A stretch of 63,865 bases of DNA, filler included, from Sluysia triapertura (GCA_046118255.1; 4 parts of 4 records of this genome joined end to end with filler, not necessarily neighbours in it); one strand, 5' to 3'; positions 37,332 to 52,513 are shown, counted from the first letter of the whole stretch. Notes: generated by a model from the sequence alone, not told the origin. Translations and numbers: made by a program.

Positions 37332-37640
37332 GCAGGGATTCTCTACTAAAAATATCTCTTAAATAGCTAAAAATCAAATGTTAATTTAATCAAAATTACG
37401 TAGAGATTTTTCACTAAAAATATCTTTCAAAATGTCTGAAAATCAAATATTGTTTTAACAAAAAATTGTGCAGGGATTCTCTACTAAAAATATCTCTTAA
37501 ATAGCTAAAAATCAAATGTTAATTTAATCAAAATTACGTAGAGATTTTTCACTAAAAATATCTTTCAAAATGTCTGAAAATCAAATATTGTTTTAACAAA
37601 AAATTGTGCAGGGATTCTCTACTAAAAATATCTCTTAAAT
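37332..37640. repeat. About 138-bp tandem repeat (2.2 copies) built from two related ~69-bp halves
   Basis: Units start at 37332, 37470 and 37608; both halves contain CTAAAAATATCT...AAAATCAAAT. Confidence 0.9.
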
Positions 37641-38320
37641 TATTTTATCATATTTGGTTCATTCCCACAACATTCTGAAACATAAAAATTCAATATTTCG
37701 GTTTTGAAAATTAATTAAAATATTAATTAAAAATATTAAGATCTTCCTTGAACGAACTTGATTTAATCATAACTCTATGGACAGCTATGATTTTATGATA
37801 TTCTGCATTCAAACATTCTTTTATAAAAATTTATTTTTCCTTTAGTTATGATTTTAATTAATTTTGTTAGAATTTATTTTATTTTATGTTTAAAAGATCT
37901 ATCAAAGTTTTAAAACTATTTAATGCTTAATAAGACATTCAAATGTTTTTTAATGTTAACATATAATTTTAATAGATAATAATTTATGTGCCACTTCCAT
38001 AGAAAACATTTATTTAATTAATAAAATATTACAAACAGCGCATTAATACACATAAAATTTATTTAACAAATCTGATTTTTTTTGTATTATTTGTTAATTA
38101 AAAACTATTTAAGCTTAATATTAAATATAATTCCACATGTACAATTATTCCTTTTATTTCATAGATTTAATATAGATTAATAAATAATTTTATTTATTTA
38201 TTTATTGTAATTATAATATTATGTTTTTTGATTAGATTTATTATTATTATAATTATTATTAATATTAAACGTTATATCATTTCTATTTTAAGTATCAATT
38301 AATATTCTTATTTCTGATTA

Positions 38321-38899
38321 ATGACGGATTTTAAAATTTGTGAGAATTGTTCTACAATGAAAAAGTATACTATTATGAACATTATATATTAAATTTAGAA
38401 TATTTGTAGCATTACCTTGTGGCAAACTTAAGAAATTGTCACTGAATTCTAATGAAACAAATTTATTATGCGAATGTCAGAAATTTATGAATGTGGATAG
38501 TAATTCGGATTTGTTATTTTTATATAACTCACAATCGATTTCAAATGTAGATGCATTCCACTTACCGAATAACGCTTTGATTTCAGCCATAACTGTGTTA
38601 AAGTTAGATCTACTTTGTGGATGTATTTTAATTATTTCTTACGTTTTAGTGGAGGTGGTCAAATTTTTATTCTACTAGTAGATGGACGTCGATTTACACT
38701 TGAAGTATTGACTTCTGAAACTATTCGTGCGTTAAAGTATAAGTTAGAAGAAAGGTGTGGAGAAAGTGTTGATACAATGAAAATGTTTTTTAAAGGTAAA
38801 ATGTTGCTCGATAATGCTAAACTCAGTGATTATGGAATTGATATTGGTGATGTGGTTAATGTCATCTTTGCGTTGAAGTTAGTCATTTATTTGCAATGA
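38321..38899 (+). CDS. Tandem di-ubiquitin-like protein (exons 38321-38364, 38399-38602, 38650-38877/38899)
   Basis: Spliced: MTDFKICENCSTMKKIFVALPCGK...AITVLNGG-GQIFILLVDGRRFTLEVLTSETIRALKYKLEERCGE..MFFKGKMLLDNAKLSDYGI. Introns of 34 and 47 nt. 3' end uncertain. Confidence 0.75.
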
Positions 38900-40088
38900 A
38901 TTTCGTTTTATAAAATTAAAGAAAAAATTATCCAGATTTTCAAAACAAAGAATTTCCTTAATCATTTTCAGGATTCGTGGAATGAGGAATTATGGTTTCA
39001 AAAATTGATTCAATCATTTATGATAATTGTAATTGTTTCTTTTGAAAAGTAATTGCTTTCGTTTCGTTGTACAATTTGCAAAGTTTACCTTTTTTAAACT
39101 GAAAAATTCACTTTGATTAAGTTTAAAATGATTATCTATTAGCGCAGAGAACTTGAATTATTTTTGAACTTCAGTCAAGAGTGCAGTAACAAGGACTACG
39201 TGTCTTTTTGGTAGTTATTTAATTTTATACGATGTGTAAAAAGTAGTTTAAAAAATAAGAATGTTAGGTATTACTACTACGACTATTACTGCTACAACTA
39301 CTATTACTACTTCTACTACTATTACTAGTACTACTATTAGTACTACTGTTATAAATATCTTTCTTAAATGTAATAAATTTTTTGTTTCTTTACTGCTTTT
39401 TAATTCGATTACTTTACACTTGACTTATCGTTTTTCTTAAGAATTTAGATTCTACTTATCGATTACTAAAATATTCAAATATTATTTTATATTATTAAAA
39501 TCCTCACTATATGTTATCAATTCAGATTACTTTATAAAGATTACACTCTCGATATTATCACTTAATATTGAACTTAATTGGAGTCGTGAGTTACAATACT
39601 CGTCCTAATTGTTTAGGATAAAAGTGCTTAATAGTTAATGTTTAATAGTTTTATTTCCCTATGTGGTATCACTCTTATAAATTTAATTTGTTACAAATTT
39701 CATAAATTCTCTGTTTTAAATTTATATAGATGTTTAATTTATGCAAAAGAGTTACAAATACAAAATAAAATCAAAGTTTATTTATTAATAATTAATTAAA
39801 TGTTTACTTTATGCAATAAAAAAAAACAAAATAAAATCAGAATTTATTTATTAATATTTAATTAAATGTTAATAAAATTCCGTAGCAATAGTAATAAAAA
39901 TAATAAAATTCACTCACAAATAATAGGATTGTTACACCGTTCTTGTTATCTGGTTGTCCAAAATTATTATGGCTTGTAAAGGATTTTTTTTTACTTGGTT
40001 AACAATTGTTTCTGAGATTTAGTATTGTCAGTATTCCTTTTATAATAATTTTTTATACAGAAAAGAATAATTTATAAATTGTAAATAA

Positions 40089-40275
40089 ATAAATTCCAAA
40101 TAATAAAGTAAAAATTATAATTTATATTATACAAATAATTTTATACATACAAATGATTTTAAATTTTTGTAATACACACGAATTCCAAATAATTTTATAC
40201 AGTAAAAATTATAATTTATATTATACAAATAATTTTATACATACAAATGATTTTAAATTTCTGTAATACACACGG
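40089..40275. repeat. Local direct duplication (about 70 nt, two copies)
   Basis: AAAATTATAATTTATATTATACAAATAATTTTATACATACAAATGATTTTAAATTT(T/C)TGTAATACACACG occurs twice. Confidence 0.85.
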
Positions 40276-40787
40276 GTTCTGTAAATAATTAATTTTATAT
40301 ACAAATTCTATCATTTCGTAAAGTAACATGTAATTTTATATGAATAAATTTTTAACTACTAATACATAATAATAATTAATTTTATATACAAATTCTAAAA
40401 GTACATTCTATCATTTCCATTCCCATTCTACGAAATTAGAATAAATTAAAGATTATGAAAAATTTATAACTATATTACTTATTATTAAATGAATTTTACA
40501 TTATAATATATTATTATTATTATTATGAATATTATTTTTATTATGATATTAAATGAATATTATTAAATGAATACTACATGACAGAACGATTTCATACACC
40601 TCAGTCTAAATAATACATCATGATTAGTAAAAGCAATAAAAAGGTCATATTATCAAGTTAAAATCATGTTTATTCTTTCAAATATAAATTAACAAAGCAA
40701 GATAAAAATATTCATGGCTTAATTATAACAGTTGATGTTCAAGTTATACAAATATCTATTAACGTATTCTTTACGGCTCACAAATTA

Positions 40788-41069
40788 ATGGATGTTGATT
40801 CATTTGTCATGACAAATAAACTAGCATCATTAAGTATAGGCGTGTCTAATGAAAGATCAAAAACTGGCCATCTTAATTTTTTCTATAATGATAAACATTA
40901 CAAGACGGGTCTCTCTTTATATGAAACAACCCAATCTGGCAAATGTTGCAGATATGGCAATAAGTGTAGATTTTACCACATATTTTACAAAGTCAAAGAC
41001 ATCCTTGGCTATCGAACAAGTTTTAACGACCACTACGATAGAATCAGTTCGCTTGGCTATCACATCTGA
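40788..41069 (+). pseudogene. Degenerate TIS11-type CCCH zinc-finger ORF
   Basis: HYKTGLSLYETTQSGKCCRYGNKCRFYH compared with YKTELC...GxCxYGxKCxFxH; the first Cys is lost. Confidence 0.45.
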
Positions 41070-42769
41070 CGTACAGAACTTATCCATTAGTACTGCTGAC
41101 GTTACTGGTAATACTTGTACTGGAGTCCTATCCGTTTCAGTGTTTCAAGATGAGATAGAGGTGATTTTACATTTAGTCTTAACTTATTTTGATTTAAATC
41201 AATTTTTTTATATTTTTTTAGAACATACAAAACTTGTCCTAGCATATCCAAAAAATATTTAAACTAGGTGTAAAAATGTTTTTTGTTCAAAGATAATCAA
41301 AATAGATGAATTTATTTATTTGAAGAAATTTGATTAAACGTAATAGTAACATTAAATTTCATTTTCCCATAACATTTTTTTATGAAAGTTCATTAATTTT
41401 ATCAGTATAAACTTTTAATATACAAATTATTACAAGTAGTAACATATTAAACTTTAAACAACCACAAATGCTAAATTCAGGCTAAAAATAACAGAGAATA
41501 ACAAAAACTTTACTGTCGCATTGTAATGAACGTACGACTTTTTGAAAAATTTCAGCTTTAAATTATCATTGTTAGGTTCTAAAATTTCATTAAAAACATT
41601 TTGGTACTAAAGTACGTAAAATGTGGATTCCTTTGCGTGCATATATAGCATTTAACATGATATCAAGTAATTATTCTTTGATTTACTCGTAACAAGTATT
41701 ATTTTACATATATTATTTATCATGTTCTAAATGTATATGTGTGCTCTAATGCGTTATTATTCTAGAAATAGTAATTTTTGCAAATGTGTTATGTATTTAT
41801 TATGTAAAAATATTTTGTTATAAAATTTGTTTTATCGTCACAATAATATAAAACATTTTGTTTTTTGAAGTAAAAATGGTTAATTAATTTAAAATGAGTC
41901 TGCGTACCTATAACCTTACTAGTATAGGTTCTGGAATATCATAATATGATATAGTGAATGAACAACTTTGGTGTAAAATAAATACAATTTTATTACAGAA
42001 AAACAATCAACGAATAATCAGAGAGTAATGTAACTCTTTAAAGCACACCTTTTTGAAAAAAACTGTCAAAAATCAACTTTTTTATTTAAAACACTTTAGA
42101 ACCTTGTTTTGACAAAAAATCCAAAAACAAACTTGAGTGTGCACGTTAAGGTATTAACTAATTATTTAAATATTCGATAAAAAGAGTTTATTTTAAGTGA
42201 AATTTTATGCTTGGCTAATTTGTAGTGAAATGAAACTAACGCAGCTACTAAGTAATTAATAATTAAAATAATAATCAAATTATTGTCATCGATTGTTGCA
42301 TATCTTTTGTTGCTCTATAAGTGATCAGTTTGATTTTAGTTAGCAGTATTCACATTATAAACTTTAGGCATATTCGTTGTATTATATTCTGCATTTTTTC
42401 ATTAAAAGTTGGTCTAAGTCGTCATTTCGTTATGATTAGCTTTTGAAACTTTTTTATTAAAATTTCTTGATATTGCCGATCCAATTCCTTTGTAATTTAT
42501 GGTAATAGCTAAGGTTATTAAGATATTGGAACTTAAAGTTAGAAATGGATATTAATGTTATAATTTAATAATTTAGAGTGTTGATTTAGCAATTTAGAAA
42601 GTGGATTATTAAACGAAATTTTGTAGATAAACTTAAGATTATCACTATTAGACTTAAAACTTAAGGAGGACTTAAGAACCAATTTTAGAAAAACAACAAA
42701 ATAGTAACAAATACGATTGTATATTGGACAGCTGCGGCTATATAAAAACAAAACAAAAATATCGTCCAC

Positions 42770-43760
42770 ACTTACACGTCCTGAGTCTACTTTTAAAATA
42801 CGAGCAATAAATAATCGTCGATGTGCGTTAGGATGGAAACATGTAACAAGAAACTGTGCTTTCGCTGACGATTATCATAACGTGTACGTTTAATTACGTT
42901 TCGTGGTAGCTTGAATCGGGTACTAAATTTATCAATATTAAGGACATTATTGTCTTTTTTAACTTTATTTTACCATGTCGTTTGACAATTAGCCATGCAA
43001 AACATAAAACAGAGCCTTTTTTGAATTCATACAAATAAATGTCCTTTTGCATAAAATTTTCAAATCGTTAATCGCCTCATTAGTAGGACTACGATATAAT
43101 TCATCTTTTCGTAGACTATCATTAGTAGGACTACGATATAATTCATCTTTTCGTAGACTATCCATGTTTTTGTTATGTCTTTCACAATAGCCGGAATTTG
43201 ATTTATAGTTACAGCACAATTCATTAAAAAGGGAAAATCTTTCTGAAACAATTTTACAATTTCTTGCCAATCCTAGTAACACTTCGCAGAATACTGACCA
43301 AAAATGCTTCGTGATAGTGGTTCTATTGTTTTTGATACCTTCAATATCTTTATACAAAGATAATAATTTATGTATTTGCGTTGGGTTAATTATTTCTAAT
43401 AGAGAATATTTAATATCTTGTTCCAATCTTTATATAAATTCAGTCGACTTACAACCCATCTAGTTTGTTTGCATGAATTCAGACCAATGAGGCTCACATA
43501 TAACAAGTTATTCTTAATCGTTAACTGTTCAATCCAAGTATTCTCAACCTCCACATTTTCCGCTGATAAATTTTGAGCTTGGGAAAATACTTACGCTCAA
43601 TAATAAAATAATAAGCACGTTGGGACGATCTCATCTTTTTCAAATTAGATATGTAATCTTCTTTATACCATATTAGGAAGTTATCTTTTAACATAGCAAA
43701 CTTAGTTTGCCATTTATCGCTTTGTTGGTTTCAGATTTTCAGCAATAAAATTTTGTGTGA
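42770..43760 (-). pseudogene. Decayed gene with a PH-domain-like N-terminus and an in-frame 42-bp tandem duplication
   Basis: DKWQTKFAMLKDNFLIWYKE...AENVEVENTWIEQL (PH pattern) with stops. ORF 42989-43426 contains DSLRKDELYRSPTN twice (43078-43161). Confidence 0.4.
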
Positions 43761-45078
43761 AGCCTTTATTAATTAAACGGTATATTCGTCTCTAGCACTT
43801 TAATTTTACTGAATTAATAAATTCGTCTATATCAATATATCTGCTGTCTTTTTGGTGCAGAATTCAAGATCATTGATGATAAAATTGATAATGTCAAATA
43901 ACAGTGAGTAGTCATAAAAGAAAGTTTATTATTAAATATATTTCCGCAGTCGATTTTAAGAATTTTTCAATAACAGTCGGTAAATAAATAATTAGTTACT
44001 GGTAATTCCAAGTGTCGAACGTAATTGTATTACTGATAAACAACAAAAACGTTCCTTAAGCGAAATAAAAGCAAGTTAAAATGAAATAGTACTTACTATT
44101 ATGGTATAATAATGATAAATAAAAAGGTTTTAATATCTTTGCTAGTTATGGTTCCTCTGATTCATTGTTATCAATCTTATTTCCTTTTTGGATAGATTTT
44201 TTAGATTTATCAATAAAAACTTTGTATGATTGTGAGGTTTAAGCTCATTGATAACTCTTGTTCATTGTGATGAAAAGTTCATATGGGCAGTCCATAAATA
44301 AATGCCTACATACAAAAATACATCTGCTTCTGATGTGTATTCGAAAAATATTATAAGAAGGTTTAGGTCATTTGATGGTGAAGAAGAAATATATATATGA
44401 CTTATTTCATTGTTTTATTTATTGTAATGATATTTGCAGTAAAATTTATAAAAAAAATTTTAAAAACGAAAAAATTAATTTACTATTAATTATTAATTTT
44501 GTTAAGTGATTTTGCAGATTCGAATAACTCAAAAATTGAATGTAGTTTTGTGAAAATGAATTTAACTTTTCAGTCCATAGTATTTAAACTTGTAAAACGT
44601 CGATCAGTTTGGTTAACTTTATAATGATTTTATTGTTAGTTTTTGGTATTCTAGATATTAACACATTAGACATAATGTATATATACATATACATATTGTT
44701 ATAGTCATGTTATATACATATTATTATTATGCTACATTTTTGTAATATTGTCATGAACACATTTATATTTTTATAACTTATAATTATATGGATATTTATG
44801 TTTTATAAATCAATAATTTATTTGGATCTATTATAATGTAAGTAATGTTATTTTTCTATTTTTAATATTTTTATTTTGTAAAATCAATTTTGTAAATTTT
44901 ACATAAAAAGTAGAATTGACTAACATTTTTAAAAAACTTTAATATATTTCAAACGTTTAAAATTAAATATCTAAGTTTTGTTTTAATGGTTACAGGTTAC
45001 AAAATAGATAATATAAATAGAGTAACAAAGGGCGCAGTTCACACTTTTATATATACTTTTAAATTTATTTATAATGAT

Positions 45079-45172
45079 TTTCTCTTGGATAAGTTCCCAG
45101 ATACATATTGCTATAATTCCATTTATTCTCTTGGATAAGTTTCCAGACCCAGATTTCTATAATTCCATTTAT
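45079..45172. repeat. About 47-bp tandem duplication
   Basis: TTCTCTTGGATAAGTT..CAGA...CTATAATTCCATTTA occurs twice. Confidence 0.85.
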
Positions 45173-48100
45173 ATTTAAAGTCACGTTAGTCAATTTTGTA
45201 TTGGGTTAACTAAGTTTATTAGTTCTAAACAACTTAAAATACATTTTAAATTATTACGTGCAGTATAATTTTTTGAAGTAGTATATTTTTATTATATCGT
45301 TAATTCTATATCTAAATTTCGTTAATTCCGTACTTAAAATTTTTGTTTTATTATAATATATTTTTCTTTAATTCGTAAAAATTATTCTTTACAATGTTCA
45401 CGTCAGTAAAAAAAACTTATGTAGTTGTAAAATATACTCAAAATCATTGACAATTAAGGATATTTTAATAATAAAATAAAAAATTTACAGATTACTCTTC
45501 AGAGATCTGATGCAAATTATATAATTATGCATAATATATAAATTGGACTTCACTTAAGCCAAAATTCAGCACTTTAATGTTTCAAGCTAATAATAAAATC
45601 CAAGAAAAGTAAAAGCTAGAACATTTAAACAATAAAAACAAGTAAATTTTCTGTAAAAATAGCAAATTCACCTTGATGGAATTGGTAAAACAGTCGACTT
45701 ACATCAAACAATTGACATTATAAAAGCAAAACGAGGAAATAAGCACAAACGGCATTAATCGACAAAAACAATGTGGCGTAAAGATATTATTTGATAAATA
45801 GAACTGAGTTTTGTTTATCACGTAAATAAATATATTATACTGTTTTTTTGCAAAAACTTATAAACAATTTTAAAATGTATCAACAATAAAACGACAAAAA
45901 CTAGTCGAAATTTAACATTATAATATTGTGACAAGAAATATCATTATATAATATGGAATTTTTGTAGATACTATGGAAAAAACTTGCAAAAAGTACTATT
46001 TTTACTTATAGAATAAAAAGTCAGTACAACACAAAAAGTCGGTACATTATTCATAGAATCATATTTTTATTATTATTACTATTACTTCTATTACATCTAT
46101 AACTTCTATTACTTCTTATTACATCAACTTACACTGACATATACTCATCGTTTTTCATTGTACATACGCAAACAAATTTTCTTACATAACACATCGTTTA
46201 ACACGAAATCTTACATATGATGTGTTGTAAAACAGCTAAGAATTATAAGGCAATGGCGGTCATATTATTTTGCGTTTTAGTCTTCGTGCACTGATATTTT
46301 ATTTTATTTTATATCCCTTTTTTCACCATTGTAAAAATCTGAACACAGCAATATCATAAACTGTTATTGCAATCTCAGATTTCATAACTTTTTGAATTTG
46401 ACTTAGCTCATTCTAAATTTGTATAATTATGAATCATATAGCAATAAATCAATCAATAATTGCATTTGAACTAAGATTGTTCAATAGAAGATCTTCTGAC
46501 TAATATGTAATAATTTTATTATATTAATCTTTTTTCATTTTCATAAATAATAACATTTACAAACTCAACTACATTTGACATCGACTATACACTTATCACA
46601 ATCTTGATATTGACTGATATTTTTATCTACTTTACTTTGTTTTATTGAGTTGAATCAATATAACATTCAGATTTTAAGCACTGACCACAACATTTTAATT
46701 TTATGTTTAAATCTCAAATGATTTGTAATCATTATCATCTGTCAATAAAATATGTCAAGCATTAAAATATTATTTTTAATATTTCACATTTCAACTGAAA
46801 AAAGTTTAGAATTATTTACTTAATATATTAATTTTCAGTGGACTTTATAGTATGTCTAAATTTAATTATAATTATTTACATAATTATTTACATAATCTAT
46901 ACTTAAAGTAGTTTGATGCTCTTTCGTACAATGTTTTGCATTAAAATTATTTAATTTAATTTTTTTCTTCGATTTTATTATTTGAATTATAATTATTTTC
47001 GTTTGAGCTCTAAATTATAGCTCTCATTTTGAAAAACAACAGCTGAATCGGATTTTGCAAATTAATATTGTGAATCTGTGTTGAATTTAAGATTAAAATA
47101 TTATCGCGTCTAATTTAGTAAAACACATGTATCATCATATTTTCTGATCTTCATTAAAAGTGTGTTTACTCCATTTTTAGAGAAAAACATTTAAATCTTC
47201 ATTTTGAAACTTGCTAAATAATTATTTAAACCGTTTTAAAACAATTGAATGAGATCCAATAAATTTATTTATTTAACAAAATCACAACTTTATATTGATT
47301 GTCATTTTTATACTAAATTGTTAGTGTGCATGACGAAAATTTATTGTTAGCATAACATGTAAAAATGTGTAAATTGCTTTGCTACATTCCAAGAAAATTG
47401 TCATTTTGTTAAATATAATGCTTGGAATTCAAGCATTTACAATATAATACATTAATATAAGGTGCTAAAATGAGAAAAGTTTTAAAATCTTTATATTAAC
47501 TCTTAAGATCAGTATGTAATATAATCATAAAAATTGAATATTATCAAAGAACTGTCATATTCTAACGATCAACAATGATGAAAATAAAATAAATAATAAA
47601 TAAAAATAAATAATTAATAAGAATGAAGCCTTTAGAAAATAATTTGATAAATTTAGGTGCAACATCCTTAAAAATAATTGAAAGTGGTTATGGTTGTAAA
47701 ACCTCATAAAAATAATTTAAATGGCACTTTAAAAAAGTTGAAAAACACGACAATGACGATTGAAAAACTAAAGTAAATCAAATCAAAAACAAGTCTAATT
47801 ATTCGGTTGTTATATGTTTAAATTTGGGCTAAATTCATAATTATACTTTGTCGCGGAATTTCCAGTAAATCGTAAGTTATTTGTATGAAGTTTTTCCATT
47901 GTATAAGATAAGAGACAAAATAAACTTAAAATCTAATTAGAATAATTCCAGCCTTAAAATCATTTCAAATTTATACGTTCAAATTAAGATTTAACCTTAA
48001 ATTTTAAAACATTTATACATATTGTAATTATTTATTTTGCATTGTTTTTGTATTTATTCATTCTTTACTAAGTACATTCAAAGAACTTATTTAAAGTTGG

Positions 48101-51100
48101 AAATTAATAATTAGTTATAATATAGAATAAATTAGGATAAGTTTTCATATTTTAATAAGAGTAAGAGAAGAGTTAGAGATCATGCAACTCACATTAAATA
48201 TTTAGAATCAATTAAAGATCCTCTGTATTATCTAGCTTGCATTATACAAATTCCTATATCTGTGTCTTCAAAATAGGATATAAAGTGTTGATGAACCCGA
48301 GTAGAAATATTATATTTGCTGATCCAGACGAAAATCACCAGCAATATATTTAGATAGAAATTTTTTTAAAATAAATTTTAGATTTTCCAAAAATAATAAA
48401 TTAACATAAAATTATTATTATTGGCTTTGTTTAAAGTCATTAATTAATCAAATTTTAAATGTATAATTTATCGACATATTTGAATGTTTATTTCACCATA
48501 TATATTATTTTATCATAATGCCACTCATTTTTATTCATCATTTAAATATTATGAAAAATAATATTAAAAAAGCTTAATAGAATATATTCCGGTTATAAAA
48601 ATAATGTTTTTTGTGTTTTTTCCTTTTCCGTGTTGTATAAACGTTCGTTATTACACTTTGAAAGTCACTCTATACCGATGAATCAATTTTATTAAGCTTA
48701 TTATAATTTTTTTGAATTCGTTTATTTTATTTTTATTGATTTTGAAATATGTATGTCCAATTATCTAAAATTTCCTCTTAATATCGCTTAATTTAATTTC
48801 ACAATTGTAATTTCTTCATACGTTTCAATTTTTCTATTCATATTTATTTCCACTATTTTTGCATTCGATTTAAATTTTCGCTGAACTGTAATAAATAGTC
48901 ATGACTTTATACTGTTTTACTCTACCATTAGAAAACGTTTTCCTGAAAATAATATTTTGCATGTATAATCAAAAACAATTTTGCGTATCAGATTCAAAAT
49001 TGGTCTACTATTCCCAAAATATATTTGCAACTGGCTTCTGTTACTAAAACCTCATACTCTATCTGTTACATTATCCTTGAGAGTGTAAAGTAGATCGTCT
49101 TTAATTCGAATATTATTCCAATAGTTCTTTTGAATATACTTTTCTAAAAGAATATACTTTCTTTTTCTAAAATATATTATTAAACTATATTTCTTTGTTT
49201 CAAATTTAAAATTGCTTTAGTTAGTATAAAAGATTATTGTTTTATATGAATTTCTTTATCTTTAAATACGTTTAATTATTTATACGTTTTTTGCACTGAG
49301 TTAATTTAAACCAATTATAACCGATATTTTATATATAATGGTTTATTAAAATGGTCAGTAAATGTAACACATTTTTAGCTTTATATTTTTATTCTCAATT
49401 GAATACCAAAAATTAGCTTATTCATATGTAGTACTGCTTATCTTCCATTGATACATCATTTTCTTTTATATTCTAGTTTGTATGGATTAACTGAATTTTC
49501 AAGTATGGTATGCACTTTAATTTTTCTGAAAAATTTATTACTTTCCCAAAAACTTATATTTTATATCTGCTTCATTACTCTTTTCCGTAATCGATAAATA
49601 TTTCTTAATGAAAAGATCCGGAAATAATAAGATTTTATTTCTGTATTAATAGCCATTTATTATTTGTAACTTTTGGTATGCGATCTTTTTTTTGATTTAA
49701 TTTTTCAAATCTAAAATTTGATAGATTCCATTTTACTACTATGTAATTTCATAGCGTTTTCTGTATCACCTGAATCGTCGTTTTCGTTTTAATAAAGTTC
49801 AGAGCGTTCACAAATTTCATCAAACGCTAGCTTCTCAAACCTACAAAAGCATTTGTTACGTATATGTCTTATTTTCTTATATATCTAAGGCTTATATCCT
49901 TTGTGGTAAGTTAAACCCCAAAACAACAATAAGAAACAGATATAATAAATACATATTTCTGTAATTACACAACAAAACAACTTATCTCACATGATTTTCA
50001 ATTCTTTCAACAAATCAACAATTATGCCGTTGTACCATTACATTTCATCATGGTTTATTCTATTGTTATAGTCTATTATAACCGTTATTATTATTAAATT
50101 CGTCAATGTTTATGATTACGGATTGTGCATACAAATTTTTATTAGCTGTACTTTTAACTTTCGTTTAAATTAATTCAATTTCTATAATGTTTAAATGTAG
50201 AATCACACACTGATGTTTCTAAAAATGAAGAAGGTGATATTTAAAAAGAAACAGTTGCAGAAATTTCAAACGACAAAAGAAGGATTTCCAACAAGTATCT
50301 GATACAAAATTGACAGAAATAGGAAAAGAAATGTTAAAGAAATGTAATTAACGATTTTTCGAATGAAAAAAAATAAAAAGAAATAAAAATTAAGTGAATT
50401 ATCCAAAATATGAAAAAAATAAAATATTTTAATATTGTTTAAAAAAGGTTTGCATTTAAAAATCAATAGAATCACTGATTAGCTGAATATAAATATAAAT
50501 ATAAATATGTACTAAGTTATGAATGCTGACTACAATATACATCCAATTTATGTTAATTATATATTTTAGCGAAATTATTTAAAGCATCATTTAGTGCATA
50601 ATAAACAAACATTCGATTTATTATTGAATTAATTTTTTGTACAGTTTCAGTTGGTTTAAAATTGATATTGATGCTTCATACATTTAGTAATTTAAGGCAA
50701 CTTAAGTTATACGTTCTTAATATTAAAAACAGAAGTAAACTGCAAAAACTTTAGTAAGTAATTGTCCTTTTTTATATTAAAATTTCAAAAAATTGTTTGT
50801 TTTTATTCGAGTTTATTTCTCAGCTTTTTGCAAATGTACGCTTTAAAAGACATCGTATTTCAAATAATAATTTTAAAAGACTATAATCAATAATTAATAT
50901 ATAATAAACTTCAAAATCCTTATTCGTTTCGAAAGTTTCTCTCATGTTTAACTCAGAAACTCTTGTTTATTTAATGGTGCTATTTCGGAATTTTTTCAAA
51001 ATTTTCACCAATTTTCTACTTTATAATCTTCCGGTAATATAATTTATAATATAAATTACAATATTCTATTAATTTCAGAACTTCATCAAATTCTTTAAAT

Positions 51101-51740
51101 ACTCCAATAAAACAATTTGCATTATCATCATTTTTCTGGCTGTCTATAAGTTCTGTTTCCAGTTATTAAATAAAAATTTCACCTATAACAATAATTCATA
51201 AAATTCGTTGGACAATAGTAATTTTAAATAATTTTTTGAATTAATGATAATGAATTAATGTTAAAAAATAATATTAATATAAAATATGTACAAACAAACA
51301 CATTGATTTGTGATTTTGTGATTATAAACATTTATAGTAATTAATTCGGATTTTTAATTTGGATTTAAATTAATCAAAATAAAACTAACGTAAGTAATTT
51401 TATTATATGTAAACTTTAATATTTTTAAATTATTAATCAAATTATTTTTGTTTTAACGATTAAAATAAATATTTTTGTTTAATCTGGCCAAGACCAGTTA
51501 AACTAGGTATATAAATATGCATCAAACTCAATTCTCACAAATTTTTACGACGTTAACCAGTTTTTATAAATAATTTTATTCAGAAGAATTACATACAAGA
51601 GTTTCATAACCTTTAGAGATTAAGAAGAGGTTACAAATTCATTGGAAAATTGAATATAAAGGACCTACCAGATTCTTTCTTTTACATAGAATACTACGTT
51701 AGTTTATGCTATGTGGGATTTTAAAAGTAAGATTTTCACA

Positions 51741-51790
51741 TGAGTCCACCAACGTACTAGGCTTGCCAGTTAGGGCTAGCCGTTGGATTT
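51741..51790. repeat. About 50-nt dispersed hairpin repeat, copy 2
   Basis: TGAGTCCACCAACGTACTAGGCTTGCCAGTTAGGGCTAGCCGTTGGATTT. Confidence 0.7.
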
Positions 51791-52513
51791 ATAGAAAAGA
51801 TTTTCTAAGTAAAGATGGGAATATCTTCCCGAAGTGTCTGCGAATTTATTAAGATACTCAGTGAGTCTTTCAAATATTTTAATTTCTATCAAATAACAAT
51901 TAAATACTTAAATGCTTATCAGTCAAATTTAGTTGAGTTCTGGTGGTATAGAATTTATAAACGAATGTGGAGTTAATGCAAATATTCTACTAACTAAAAA
52001 AATTAGTTAAATTTTTATATTATTAAAATAGTTTACATAAATCCTATGAAAAGAATTTGTAATGAATGATTTTAGGGTATCAGAATTAAATTCTGATAAG
52101 TGATTTGATTATTGTTTCCATTTAAATTAAATTTTTACTTATCGGTTTATTTATTATTCTTTACGTTAAATCAGCAATAAATTTAATGGTACTAGATTAT
52201 TATTATTATTATAAAAAAACATTGGTTTTAATTTTAAAGTAAATAAATTTTTATATTTTAAGTAAATTTTAGATAAATTTAAATAAATACTTATAGAAAT
52301 TCAAATAAACATTAAATATAAAAAATAATAATTAAGTGCAATTTAGTTTCCAAAATATCATTTCATTGAAATTTTCTTTTCTAATAAATAATAGTTATAT
52401 TTTGAAATCTTAAATGTTCCACAAAATATGACAAATATTTCTATTTCAGCCTCAAAAATGTTTCGAAAATATATGACATGTACTAATTATATTTTAATTT
52501 AATTTAATCGAAC

